Positions 32,974 to 42,880 of a stretch of DNA of 64,000 bases are shown here, in pieces. Origin of the DNA: Obrimoposthia wandeli (lineage: Eukaryota); NCBI GenBank assembly GCA_977020255.1, contig CDROCS010005135.1, positions 124,001 to 188,000 of the forward strand. The letters run 5' to 3'. Both the position numbers and the translations under genes were made by a program. The notes beneath the pieces were generated by a model, which was given only the letters and a program-made list of their open reading frames with translations, was not told where the DNA came from and searched no databases. Numbering within the stretch: position 1 is the first letter of the stretch; every line of letters begins with the position of its first letter.

Positions 32974-32989
32974 AGCAAGTTACATACCA
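32974..32989 (-). promoter_or_regulatory. Candidate sigma-54 (-24/-12) promoter of aapJQMP
   Basis: The minus strand reads TGGTATGTAACTTGCT, i.e. GG-N10-GC with the TTGC -12 box, about 165 nt upstream of aapJ. Confidence 0.55.
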
Positions 32990-33457
32990 ACCATGTATGA
33001 ATGGTTTTTTATGCTGATAGGTTGTTTTTTTATTCTTATTTTGAAGGGGGGGATGAGGTGATGGCCTATGTTTATAAGTAAGATAAATATGAAAATCAGT
33101 AGAGGGCAAGATCGAAGATAATGTTGAAGTAAGCAGTTTGTATTATATTACACTTTGCTTTATATCGTTATAGGTTGATTTAAAAGGTTTTATTATGGGT
33201 CTTGGTGTGAAGTTTAAAAAGATGGTGGGTTTCATCATTCAAACGGAAGAGGTCGGAATATTATCACAAGGTGATGTTAAAAATGTGATTTGACCACATA
33301 GCCTATTGCAAAAATATGCACTCGATGATTTTGCATATACGAGTATTTAAAGATTTTTTGCTTCACTTAAGTAGCCGCTGCACGAAAACAAAGCAAAAAA
33401 AACTAAGTTAGTAATGAAGCTAACGTATTGTTGTTAATATTGTGGCTTAATTTTCGC

Positions 33458-34390
33458 TTACTGATTAACACAGGTTGTATATAAAAGTGCGGGTGGGCGA
33501 TATTCATCATACTTACCACTTCGTAAATTTAATGTCTTTATTTCGTTGGTGATAGGATTGACTGATGCTGTCCAATAGTTGATTTCTGTTGGCCAGCGAT
33601 ATCGCATTAATAGGTGTCTACCATGGCTTTGCAATAATTCAATTTCTTCATATGTAGGAAGTCGTAAACCATAGTTTCGGCACCACTTTTGAGCACTATT
33701 AATGTTTATACGCGACCAATAGTTATCTTGTTCATTGGTGAACATGGGTGGCATATTTTCAGTCGAGTAAATATCTTTAGGTCGGTGGTACTGCAACCCA
33801 TTGAATGTAAATGAGTACATGATCGAATTAAGTACAACCCTATTTTCAACAAGCGTATTTAACGTGGTATCACTCGATGCTTTGGTTGACGCTATTTTGT
33901 ATGTTTTTTGTTTTGGTGCAAGCTCTGATGTGACCGTTTTCGCTAAACTCGATACCTTTTTTGTGGCGTGCCGTATAAATGTGTTTGTTATTTGCAGGGT
34001 TTCAAGTTGCTGTTTTGCCCCTATAGCCTTGACGTGTGTCGGGTAGGGACCAATAAGGCAACGATACTTACCGTTATCTTTTATTAAGTAAGCATTTTCA
34101 GGAAATAAGAGATTCACTTTACGTGAGAAGGTTTTGTTTGGAATTGCGCTACTGTAGTTACATTGAACCCAAAAACTACCAGTATCTGATTTTGGCGTTT
34201 TACCCCATAAACCTGTTCCAATATCACAAGCATCATTAAGTTGTTTCCATACGCTATTCGTTGCTGATGCCTCAACGGTACATAACGAAATACCTGAAAG
34301 GGGTATCGAGTTTGCTTTTGCTAAATTTATAAAAGGCAAGCAAGCAAATAATGAGCAGTAAACTGCAAAACGTCTAATGTTGCTAAGCAT
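33458..34390 (-). CDS. Exported protein with SPOR-like domain and C-terminal C-type-lectin-like (DUF823/DUF1566/invasin-type) domain
   Basis: Signal peptide; YRCLIGPY...A...L...FIR (SPOR-like); SAQKWC...LRLPTYEE...WPTEINYWTAS...TTCV (lectin-like). Confidence 0.6.
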   Translation of the reverse strand: MLSNIRRFAVYCSLFACLPFINLAKANSIPLSGISLCTVEASATNSVWKQLNDACDIGTGLWGKTPKSDTGSFWVQCNYSSAIPNKTFSRKVNLLFPENAYLIKDNGKYRCLIGPYPTHVKAIGAKQQLETLQITNTFIRHATKKVSSLAKTVTSELAPKQKTYKIASTKASSDTTLNTLVENRVVLNSIMYSFTFNGLQYHRPKDIYSTENMPPMFTNEQDNYWSRININSAQKWCRNYGLRLPTYEEIELLQSHGRHLLMRYRWPTEINYWTASVNPITNEIKTLNLRSGKYDEYRPPALLYTTCVNQ

Positions 34391-34542
34391 ATTGGTCTAT
34401 GTATTTATATTAATAAAGTCAATAATTGGCACATATAACAACACAAAAACTGTCATTAATAAGTGAATTTTTTGCCAAATAATGATTTATTCATCACTTT
34501 ATTTATAATTTGCGCAGTTGAGCCAATAGTTAGCAAAAAGAG

Positions 34543-34579
34543 TTTACAGCAAAGAGGAAAGTACGTATTATCTGCGCCC
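34543..34579 (+). promoter_or_regulatory. Sigma-70 promoter of tRNA-Ser with GC-rich discriminator
   Basis: TTTACA-17 bp-TATTAT followed by CTGCGCCC. Confidence 0.75.
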
Positions 34580-34582
34580 TAC

Positions 34583-34673
34583 GGAGAGATGGCTGAGTGG
34601 TCGAAAGCACTGGTCTTGAAAACCAGCAAGGGTTTATAGCCCTTCTAGGGTTCAAATCCCTATCTCTCCGCCA
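34583..34673 (+). tRNA. serT: tRNA-Ser(TGA)
   Basis: GGAGAGATGGCTGAGTGGTCGAAAGC...CTGGT-CTTGAAA-ACCAG anticodon arm, long variable arm, GGTTCAAATCC T-loop, encoded CCA. Confidence 0.97.
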
Positions 34674-34680
34674 CATTCAA

Positions 34681-34710
34681 AAAAGCCGCTACATTGCTAG
34701 CGGTTTTTTT
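34681..34710 (+). terminator. tRNA terminator
   Basis: AAGCCGCTA/TAGCGGTTT stem plus T-run. Confidence 0.75.
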
Positions 34711-35150
34711 ACGTCTGGACTTTGCCAAATAAGATAGGGATGCAGAATCCTAGATTGGGTTCACCTGAGCGAAGCGAAAGCACATTGCCCGTACCGAAGG
34801 TGCGAAAAGGCAATAGCCCGAAGGGTACGAGCTTGCGAGTAATAAATCCCTATCTCCTTTATGCTCATCCCGCCACATTGAACTAAGAAGGTGCTTTAGA
34901 GTGTACTTTGTGTTTAGAGCTAAAACAGAAGAACATTGTTCTTTAAGTGACAGCGTCGCATTCACTTAGCCATAAAACAGTTTTTACGTCTGGATTTTAA
35001 AGCTAGTGTGACCGATAGTAAAGCTTTGATAGCAGAATCCTGATATTTCGCCACCTAAGCATTTTTTGGCGATGAGATTGGGTTCACCTGAGCGAAGCGA
35101 AAGCATGTTGTAGCCCGAAGGGTACGAGCTGCGAGTAATAAATCGCCACA
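34707..35150 (+). repeat. Two degenerate tandem tRNA-linked repeats carrying copies of the tRNA 3' end
   Basis: Identical 31-mer AGATTGGGTTCACCTGAGCGAAGCGAAAGCA at 34752-34782 and 35075-35105; second shared block at 34814-34848 and 35111-35144; tRNA 3' fragments AAATCCCTATCTC (34844-34856) and CCGCCACATT (34870-34879). Confidence 0.85.
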
Positions 35151-35223
35151 GGCCGCGTTATTTTTTATAAAAGACCCAGACACCTGAGCAGCTGTTGTCT
35201 GTGCCGAAGGCGCGATATAAAAG

Positions 35224-35249
35224 AAAACCCAGACCTTTCGATCTGGGTT
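35224..35249 (-). terminator. Terminator of the di-heme peroxidase gene
   Basis: AACCCAGA/TCTGGGTT stem with an A-run on +. Confidence 0.6.
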
Positions 35250-35277
35250 GAGTTACTTCAAGCTTTTCGTAGGGTAA

Positions 35278-37578
35278 TTAGTTCACTGTTACAGTGACTG
35301 TTGCTACGTTTGAAGTATTACCGTTGGTATCATTAACGGTGTAGTTAAAGGTAAAGGTTCCTTTACTTTTCGCGAAGTACGAAATTGTACCGTCATTTCT
35401 GACTGTGATAGTTGCTTTACTTGATGCTGGTTTGTTAGTGACTATGACAGATCCTTTATCAAGCGCTGCACCAATAGTTTGGTCATTATCAAGCACTCGA
35501 AGGGTGAGTGTTCTATAACGCTTGGTTGTTGCATAGTCGTCTACCGCATCAGGTGAAAGGTCTTCAGGTGTGTCTAAGAATCCAACCAATGCGGGTAGAT
35601 TTTTAGCTGTTCGACCTTGCGCACCCACTTTAGGAATTTCTACCCACTCATCAACCGCTAGGCCATCACCACGATTTGTTGCAGAGAACTCATCATCAGG
35701 GTGACCGACTGGTACAAATAACTGTGGGCGATCAAACGGTGCTGCTTCCCAACGTACACGATCATCTGTTAGTGATTTTAAGAAGGCAACAAGATTGGCT
35801 TGCTCTTCATACGATAGCCCCAAGCTAGAAATATCTGGGTCTAGGTTAGACTTGTTGCTTCCAAAGCGAGTTGTATCATCTTCATCACTACCTTGGCGGT
35901 TACCACCTCGGTTATAAAACTCAACAACTTGCTCTAGGGTTGCCATACCACCATTGTGCATATAAGGTGCTGTTAGCTCGACATTTCGTAGACCTGGTAC
36001 TTTAAATGCGCCATCGACTGCGTTACGTTCCGTTGCCGTTATGTCTACTCCCGGATCAACTTCAAACGTACTTGCATCTACCTCAAAGTGGTCTGGTGCA
36101 CCTATGCCTGCGATCTTATTCTGTGCTTGGCGAGTAAAAGAGAGAGGATGATTAAATGGTCCATCAGCACCCACACCCAAATCTTCTTCAGTTGGGCGAA
36201 CACCAATGTTGTAGAAACCATTATCATAGACGGCTGCATTATGATCACCCATGATCATGCGTTCAACTAAACCATTTTCTTCATTTTCGCCTACAAGGTG
36301 GATTGCAGCTTTTGAAAATTCAGGGCCGCTGTGACAGTTTGCACATTTACCTTTTCCAAGGAAGATGCCCATACCTGCCTGTTCAGCACTGGTTAATTCA
36401 CTAGAAGCACCGTCCATAAAGCGGTCAAAACGAGAATCATCTGAAATTAATGTACTTTCATACATCTGGATTGCTAGTCCCCAGAATAACGAGAAGTTCA
36501 TTTCAAATTGGTTATAGCCATCGTCTGATTTATATGGGCTCTTCCAATAACCGTCTTGGAAGGCATCAATAATCAGTTTACGGTAATCAACCATTAAACC
36601 TTTACCACCAAATGCAGCGACTGAACCAAGTACACTATCGGTAGGGTCGACTTCTTGTAATGCGAGCGGCTTAAGTTTAAGCATTTTACGACCAAGGTCT
36701 TTAAATGATTTTCCGCCACAAGACATTTCGAAATCACTTAAAGGGGGACCAACAGCCTGTGATGCTGCACTTGAGTTAATTAGGTTAACTTCTTCAAGAC
36801 TTGTACTGCTTGTTGATTGGTTATAATAAACAACTCGTGCGTTTTCATTTCGACGACCAAATGGGTCTACACCATTAAACACGTTATTTGCACGACCATC
36901 CCAAAAGTTTCGGAAATTAAAAATGGCGTTGATCATAGTTGGTGTGTTACGTGGTTCGACTTTTCGTGTTCCTACTGATCCTACATGGAATATATCAGAG
37001 ACTTTGTCACAATTTTCTACACCGTCAGTAAAGTCATTATATTCTTTGACGATATTTATCCCATTAAACGTTGTGTTAAATACACCTTGAGAAGATGTTA
37101 CGTCATCGGTTTCAAATTTAATGCCAGAACTACGATCTTTAGGGTCATAAAATTGGGTAAATGGATAATCATCAAGTGTAAGGGTGTAATTAGGGCCACC
37201 GCTACCGCCAGATTGAGTAGAGTTGAATATTTCTTTTTTAGTTGGATCAGTATGATTCAAACCAGGGCTAAGTTGGTTTCTATCTCGAGGATCCGCACCA
37301 GCACTGAAGTGACAAGTACCACAGCTTTGCCCTTGGCTACCTGTTTGCATATCCCAGAAAAGGGCTTTACCTAACTTAATAGCAGCATCTTTATTCTTGA
37401 TATATTTTTCAATGCCTGGAACCGCAGCTGGCTCTATTCCTTTCAATGAACCAATAGATGGAGGTTCAACAACAACAGGCTCTACTGAATAAACGTACCC
37501 TGTCGATAATCCGAATATAGTTGTAGCTGCTATCACAGCACCGAGCCGTGAACGTCTTTTATTCGTTCTATTACTCAT
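35278..37578 (-). CDS. Large di-heme cytochrome c peroxidase/MauG-superfamily protein with C-terminal Ig/cadherin-like module
   Basis: Two CXXCH motifs (CGTCH, CANCH), RNTPT, FWDGRA, LRNVELTAPYMHNG; C-terminal AVDD...VLDND...FNYTVND...ATVTVTV. Confidence 0.85.
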   Translation of the reverse strand: MSNRTNKRRSRLGAVIAATTIFGLSTGYVYSVEPVVVEPPSIGSLKGIEPAAVPGIEKYIKNKDAAIKLGKALFWDMQTGSQGQSCGTCHFSAGADPRDRNQLSPGLNHTDPTKKEIFNSTQSGGSGGPNYTLTLDDYPFTQFYDPKDRSSGIKFETDDVTSSQGVFNTTFNGINIVKEYNDFTDGVENCDKVSDIFHVGSVGTRKVEPRNTPTMINAIFNFRNFWDGRANNVFNGVDPFGRRNENARVVYYNQSTSSTSLEEVNLINSSAASQAVGPPLSDFEMSCGGKSFKDLGRKMLKLKPLALQEVDPTDSVLGSVAAFGGKGLMVDYRKLIIDAFQDGYWKSPYKSDDGYNQFEMNFSLFWGLAIQMYESTLISDDSRFDRFMDGASSELTSAEQAGMGIFLGKGKCANCHSGPEFSKAAIHLVGENEENGLVERMIMGDHNAAVYDNGFYNIGVRPTEEDLGVGADGPFNHPLSFTRQAQNKIAGIGAPDHFEVDASTFEVDPGVDITATERNAVDGAFKVPGLRNVELTAPYMHNGGMATLEQVVEFYNRGGNRQGSDEDDTTRFGSNKSNLDPDISSLGLSYEEQANLVAFLKSLTDDRVRWEAAPFDRPQLFVPVGHPDDEFSATNRGDGLAVDEWVEIPKVGAQGRTAKNLPALVGFLDTPEDLSPDAVDDYATTKRYRTLTLRVLDNDQTIGAALDKGSVIVTNKPASSKATITVRNDGTISYFAKSKGTFTFNYTVNDTNGNTSNVATVTVTVN

Positions 37579-38051
37579 TACGCGCTCCTAAGTGTTTTAA
37601 TTTTATTTTTAACACAATTAATAATGGTTGAGCTTTATTCCTTGCCAATTAATAATGAGTGATAAAGGTAAAAGATATTTATCATTTTCGCGATTTTAAT
37701 ATAAATATAAAATGTGATGTGTTCATGTTTGACTTTTTGGTTTTTAAATTGAGATGTGATATTTAAAATGATATTTTTATATTTTCATTCTTGTTTTTGA
37801 ATGATGATTTTTATGTAACTATATTCATTTAACTTAAGACTTTCTCATGTTAAAGGTTGAGAGTTGTAAATATGACACGAATCTTATTTAGTGGTATTGC
37901 TAATCAGTTTGTTATTGAAACTTTATTCTTATTTATAGTCTTTATATTAGAGGAATTGCGAGGAGCTGTTTAGGTTGTTGTAGGTGAGTGATACAGATAC
38001 CCCTCTACCAATAATGGCAGAGGGGTATTTATAGTAAACGAACAATTACTA

Positions 38052-40595
38052 TTATTTCCTATTCATTGACTTTAGTTTGTCACCGACAGGGCCTGAAAAA
38101 TTATAGCCATCATGTTCATCCCAATTGATCGACCATGCCATCACACCACCAAAATTTGGATAGAGTTTAGTGGGTACAATGGTTCCGCAGCTTGTACCAA
38201 GCGTTAGACAGTCAAGGGCATTAACAATGTTTTGAATCGGAGCTTGACCTGAGTTGGCAGAGCTTGGGCCAGATGGTAAACCAATAGCGACTTGATCATC
38301 GCGTAAAGGTTGGAACATAGTCCCGTTTGCTAGTTCAAAGCCTTCAACCAGCATACGTGAAGATGCAACCATCATATCAACAGAACCTTCAGGGGCAATA
38401 CCTGAAGTATAAGGGTTAGCTAATCCGCCATTATTGTATAGTTGTACATGCAGTAGATTAAGCATGTCGCGAAGTTGATCTATTATAGGGATGTATGCCC
38501 CCCAAATTCCGGAATAGGCTATCATGCCACCTTGAACATAAGGGTGTTCGGGTGCCATTGTTAGGTACATATCACCACCAATATTGGCTTCGATCTGCTT
38601 TAATGCCTGTGGTAGACGAGCTTGAATTTGAGTACCGTGAAGTAGGTTTGAACCACTTTCCAGGTCAATATCTAAACCGTCAAATCCCCACTCTTGAATG
38701 ATAGAGGTTAAGCTACTAACAAAATTGGCTTCGTCGGTAGCGTTATTAAGCGTGATAGTGCCTTCTGCGCCACCAAGAGATAGAACAATAACTTTTCCTT
38801 GAGCTTGTAACTCACGTATATCTTGCTTAAATAACTCAGGGCTTAATGCCGGACAGGTGCTGTGCATATCACCAGCATAGAGATTGAAATGAACAGTGCC
38901 ATTGCTATTACGATCATTATCAGCAAAAGCTATATCGATTATATCCCAAGCGGGTGAAATGTCGCGTAAACGGATAGGGCAACCAGCACCATTTACAAAG
39001 TTATGCCAGTAGCCTATAAGCTGATGTTTCGTTGCAGACTGTTCGACAACTTTTACCGTGGCAGCTATTGATAGTGCAGTGTTGCCTTGTGTATCAGTGA
39101 CAAGTGCGGTGACGGTGTAACCACCAGCTGAACCTGCCGTCCAATTCGCCGAATATGGCAGGGTAGTATCGGTAGCAATCACATTACCGTTGACTAAAAA
39201 GTCCACTTGTTGAATAGCACTATTGAGTGATGATGCTGTAGCCGAAAGATTAAAGGCTTTACCCAAGCTGACAGTCGTGCCACTTGTTGGTGAGGTTAAG
39301 CTCGTCACTAATGCTTGGTCACTCACACCAACCAATAGCGATGATTCCGCATTGTTACCTTCGTTGTCGGTTGCGATTGCTTTCAATGAGGTTTCACCCA
39401 GCTCTACTGCTAACCAATTCACAGAGTATGGGGCAGTAGTATCAATCCCCAAGTCTTCATTGCCTGCAAAAAAATGCACCTGATTTATTGTGCCGTCGGC
39501 ATCCGTTGCTGTGGCTTGAATTGTAACGTCACTACCAGCAAGAACAATGCTGTTATTTGCTGGTGATGTAATATTAACGTCAGGAACGATAGCGCAAATG
39601 CCTAAGTCACTCCAAGCGTCAGTCCAGTACAATCCATTGCCAGGTTCATACGCCCAAGATGAATCGGATGAACACCAACCTGCTGTTTTACATAGATATT
39701 TATTGTTCAAGTTTTGAACGGTATCACCTGTACTATAACTGTTTCCCGCAGTATAGGCAGGTATACCTGCACAGCCGCCACCAACAGAACCACCTGCAAT
39801 AGCAACGGTGATGACTTCACTGAATGTTGTGGCATTCTCGTTATCGATTGCTTTTACTTTGAAGGTTTTCACTCCCTCTAGAGCGGTCCATGAGTATTCG
39901 TATGGGGCGCTACTATCGCTACCAATGAGCAGGTCATTGACATAGAAATCGACTTGCGAGATCGAACCATCGTTATCGGAAGCATTAGCGGTAATCGATA
40001 CAATGTTGCCAGTGGTAATTTGAGAGGATGGTGTCGGGTTAGTTAGGCTTACGGCGGGTGGTAAATTGTTGGTGGCACTGACGACACTGATCGTTACATT
40101 GTGGCTTGTGCTCGCCCCTTGGTTGTCGGTAACGCGTGCTTCAATATTGTAATTACCGACCACAGAAACCCAATCTAAAGTGTACGGGGCAACGGAAACT
40201 GTGCCGAGAGGTTGAGTACCTAAGAAAAATTCGACATTGTCGACACTGCCATCAAGATCACTGGCTGATGCCGTTAAGACAACGACATCATTTGCTGTAA
40301 ATTGGGCGTTGTTAAGAGGAGAAGTAACCGTAACGATTGGCGGTTGATTCGCTGGGTTACCATTACAATTACCGAGATTTGTCCATTCTTGTCCCGGACC
40401 AGAATGGTTTGCAGGGTTATTGCCTTGGCTCCACCAATTCGCTTGATAAGCGATGGCACTACTTTGTATTTTGGTTCCGCCATTGTATATAGTGTTTTGT
40501 TCCCAACTGGCGAGTTGAGAGCAATCTACTGCATAACCTTGACCCATGACGCTAAAGCTGGCGATTAGCGCGCATGTTATCAATGATTTTTGCAT
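38052..40595 (-). CDS. Multi-modular GH18 chitinase (CBM - Ig-like repeats - chitin-binding module - C-terminal GH18)
   Basis: LIGYWHNF, FDGLDIDLE (DxDxE), LTMAPE, WSINWD; N-terminal YQANWW CBM. ATG 40595 has RBS AGGGA. Confidence 0.92.
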   Translation of the reverse strand: MQKSLITCALIASFSVMGQGYAVDCSQLASWEQNTIYNGGTKIQSSAIAYQANWWSQGNNPANHSGPGQEWTNLGNCNGNPANQPPIVTVTSPLNNAQFTANDVVVLTASASDLDGSVDNVEFFLGTQPLGTVSVAPYTLDWVSVVGNYNIEARVTDNQGASTSHNVTISVVSATNNLPPAVSLTNPTPSSQITTGNIVSITANASDNDGSISQVDFYVNDLLIGSDSSAPYEYSWTALEGVKTFKVKAIDNENATTFSEVITVAIAGGSVGGGCAGIPAYTAGNSYSTGDTVQNLNNKYLCKTAGWCSSDSSWAYEPGNGLYWTDAWSDLGICAIVPDVNITSPANNSIVLAGSDVTIQATATDADGTINQVHFFAGNEDLGIDTTAPYSVNWLAVELGETSLKAIATDNEGNNAESSLLVGVSDQALVTSLTSPTSGTTVSLGKAFNLSATASSLNSAIQQVDFLVNGNVIATDTTLPYSANWTAGSAGGYTVTALVTDTQGNTALSIAATVKVVEQSATKHQLIGYWHNFVNGAGCPIRLRDISPAWDIIDIAFADNDRNSNGTVHFNLYAGDMHSTCPALSPELFKQDIRELQAQGKVIVLSLGGAEGTITLNNATDEANFVSSLTSIIQEWGFDGLDIDLESGSNLLHGTQIQARLPQALKQIEANIGGDMYLTMAPEHPYVQGGMIAYSGIWGAYIPIIDQLRDMLNLLHVQLYNNGGLANPYTSGIAPEGSVDMMVASSRMLVEGFELANGTMFQPLRDDQVAIGLPSGPSSANSGQAPIQNIVNALDCLTLGTSCGTIVPTKLYPNFGGVMAWSINWDEHDGYNFSGPVGDKLKSMNRK

Positions 40596-40722
40596 AATAA
40601 TGTCCCTATCAATATATCTCAAAGTGAAAGGTAGAGGTTGCCGATCTTTATGAAAAAACCCTAACGATTATCTTATTGCTAGAAAGACGTTAGGGCTTAT
40701 ATTCAAAAATCGGTGCATACAT

Positions 40723-42405
40723 TTATTTACATGAAACTTCACCCCAGAACCAGTTTGTACTGGTAGGGGTATCCCAAACGCCTGGGTTGTTTTTGGCAAT
40801 AAAGCATTTACCGATATTTGTCACCTTATCACCGTTACTCACAGTTGTTTGCCCTGCGACCCATTGAGTAACACCTGTTGGCGGTAACGGATCAATCGAT
40901 GGTTCTGGGGCTACTGGTGGTTCAGAAATAACGGGAGGTTCAGGTTCTACTGATGGCTTAGGAGTAACGGGAGTATCGGAAATGAGTTTCCACGGATTAC
41001 CTTTGCTCGGATCATTACCTTGTGACCACCATTTAGTCTCATAAGAAGCACCGTTGTAGATCACCTTATCACCGGCAGCGTATACAGTGTTTATATCCCA
41101 TGGTGGGTAGTTGCCATCTACCGGAGGGTCTACAGGATCTAATTGATCAACCACGCGAACATTTGGCCAATTAGCGTGAGACTCATAAAAATTAGTGACA
41201 CATTTTTCGTAGTCGGCCTTAACCAACGCAGAATAGGCGGTTTGATAACCTACCAGCTTACACTCGAAAGAGACTCCGCCTGGGCGATCAGCATGATACG
41301 TCCAGTCACCATCCCAGTTGGTGTAAAGTACATCGGTTGCACCATTCAGGTTAAGGCTACCGTAGGGTGTTTGCTGCCAGCATGTGTTTTTTTCATCTGG
41401 TTGGATAGGTATTTGGTAGTAATCTGATAATCCTTCCCAGTAACGGATGCGATTAACGGGTTGCCCTTTATATCTATTCTGTTCACCGCACTCAATACCA
41501 CCATTAATAATATTGATAGTGGTACCAAAGCCGTAGTCAATCCCTGCTTCGGTTTCTCGCTGAGATGGCTTCCATGTGCGATCAATAACGTGCAGCATGG
41601 CAGGCTTTGGTGATTGAGGGGTTAGGAAAAACCATGTCGCAGAGGCTAAATTTAGCCATGAATCTGCAACGAGTCTTGGATTATTAAGTAGGACAGTTGC
41701 ATCACCATCGAACATGACTTCAGAAAAGGCACCATAGTTAAAGTGATATGAAAGTTGCTTAGCGCCTCGTCCAAAATAGCCTTGTCCTTCTGCACATGGC
41801 CAGCGTTTATTTTGCCAATCGTTTTGACCACATCCAGTGGTATAGCCGGGTTGGCCTTCAGACCAGCCCATTTCACGAACGTGAACCAGTGCCTGTTGCC
41901 ACTCTTCTAAACCTTTCGGATTGTCCCAAATATTTTCGATCGCAATATGACCACCTGTTTCTTGAGCAAAATGGGCAAAAGAAGTAACGATAGATTGTTT
42001 ACAAATAGCATCGGAATCGCGACCATCAGTATATTCGCCACAAAACGCTGGAAATTTTCCTATTGCACGAAGGAATCGGGTATAGGTGTATTCAGATGCA
42101 GCCATTTGCGTTAGGTAGATCCATTCCGTTTCTGGAAATACGCGCTCAGCTCGAATGACGTTACTTGGGTTAGAGGCTAAGCCTGGTAAAATGGCTTCAA
42201 CTTGTTGATTAGGAAGTGTTTCAAGCGCTTTTGCCCAAGTGTCGTACATTGGATCTGCTGTTTTAGTTTGTTCTGCTGCATCAATATCAGCCCGAGGTAT
42301 AACATAGCCACCCGGGTTATTGGGGTCTGGTTGAATATTCATAGCAAAGCTATTTGTGGCAAGGGTGCAACTGAGTAATACTGCTAAGTGTCGGAATTTA
42401 AACAT
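40723..42405 (-). CDS. GH19 chitinase with C-terminal chitin-binding modules
   Basis: [34 protein letters not shown]; [12 protein letters not shown]; Pro-rich linker. Confidence 0.92.
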   Translation of the reverse strand: MFKFRHLAVLLSCTLATNSFAMNIQPDPNNPGGYVIPRADIDAAEQTKTADPMYDTWAKALETLPNQQVEAILPGLASNPSNVIRAERVFPETEWIYLTQMAASEYTYTRFLRAIGKFPAFCGEYTDGRDSDAICKQSIVTSFAHFAQETGGHIAIENIWDNPKGLEEWQQALVHVREMGWSEGQPGYTTGCGQNDWQNKRWPCAEGQGYFGRGAKQLSYHFNYGAFSEVMFDGDATVLLNNPRLVADSWLNLASATWFFLTPQSPKPAMLHVIDRTWKPSQRETEAGIDYGFGTTINIINGGIECGEQNRYKGQPVNRIRYWEGLSDYYQIPIQPDEKNTCWQQTPYGSLNLNGATDVLYTNWDGDWTYHADRPGGVSFECKLVGYQTAYSALVKADYEKCVTNFYESHANWPNVRVVDQLDPVDPPVDGNYPPWDINTVYAAGDKVIYNGASYETKWWSQGNDPSKGNPWKLISDTPVTPKPSVEPEPPVISEPPVAPEPSIDPLPPTGVTQWVAGQTTVSNGDKVTNIGKCFIAKNNPGVWDTPTSTNWFWGEVSCK

Positions 42406-42880
42406 GTTAGTATTCCTTTAATAAACATTTATGTTGTTTGTTTCATTGTGCTATTCACGATGAACGATTAGTGTTTATTACTTAGGATTGACTTCAGTTT
42501 CGTTCTACATCAAGTGCATAGCCATTTCAATATATAACCTTGTTTGTACTTGAACCACCGAGTCGAATTTTCATATTAAACTGAAAATTCGTAATATATT
42601 AGTTATTAACTCTAATTTTTTGTTTAATATGCTATATTTTGAATTTTTTGGTTGTTTAGGAGGGGAATAAAGGTAGGTTTATTTACAAGGTTGAATGTTG
42701 TCAATATTAATATGTGCGAGTGATTTCATTTACTCGATGAATAAGACTGTAAAGGTAACATCTTTTTTTGAATCACCAACTCACTTCTGGTTTTACTGCG
42801 AAGGCATACAAAATAACCGCATATATTGGCAACTTTTCAGGTGGCAATATATACGGCTTTATAGGGTATCGTTTTGACGC

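Noticed and set aside
34752-35144. Possible CRISPR array (identical 31-mers)
   Set aside because: Only two copies, 323 bp apart, with other shared blocks between them and no cas genes; better explained as tRNA-linked repeats.
37540-37578. Tat signal (KRRSRL) on the di-heme protein
   Set aside because: Poor match to S/T-R-R-x-F-L-K, and c-type cytochromes are normally exported by Sec.
40860-41000. Degenerate repeats in the GH19 gene
   Set aside because: They encode an ordinary Pro/Glu-rich interdomain linker.
34640-42880. Integrative element at tRNA-Ser with attL/attR
   Set aside because: No integrase; the tRNA 3' duplicates lie within 500 bp of the tRNA, and I saw no distal copy near norM.
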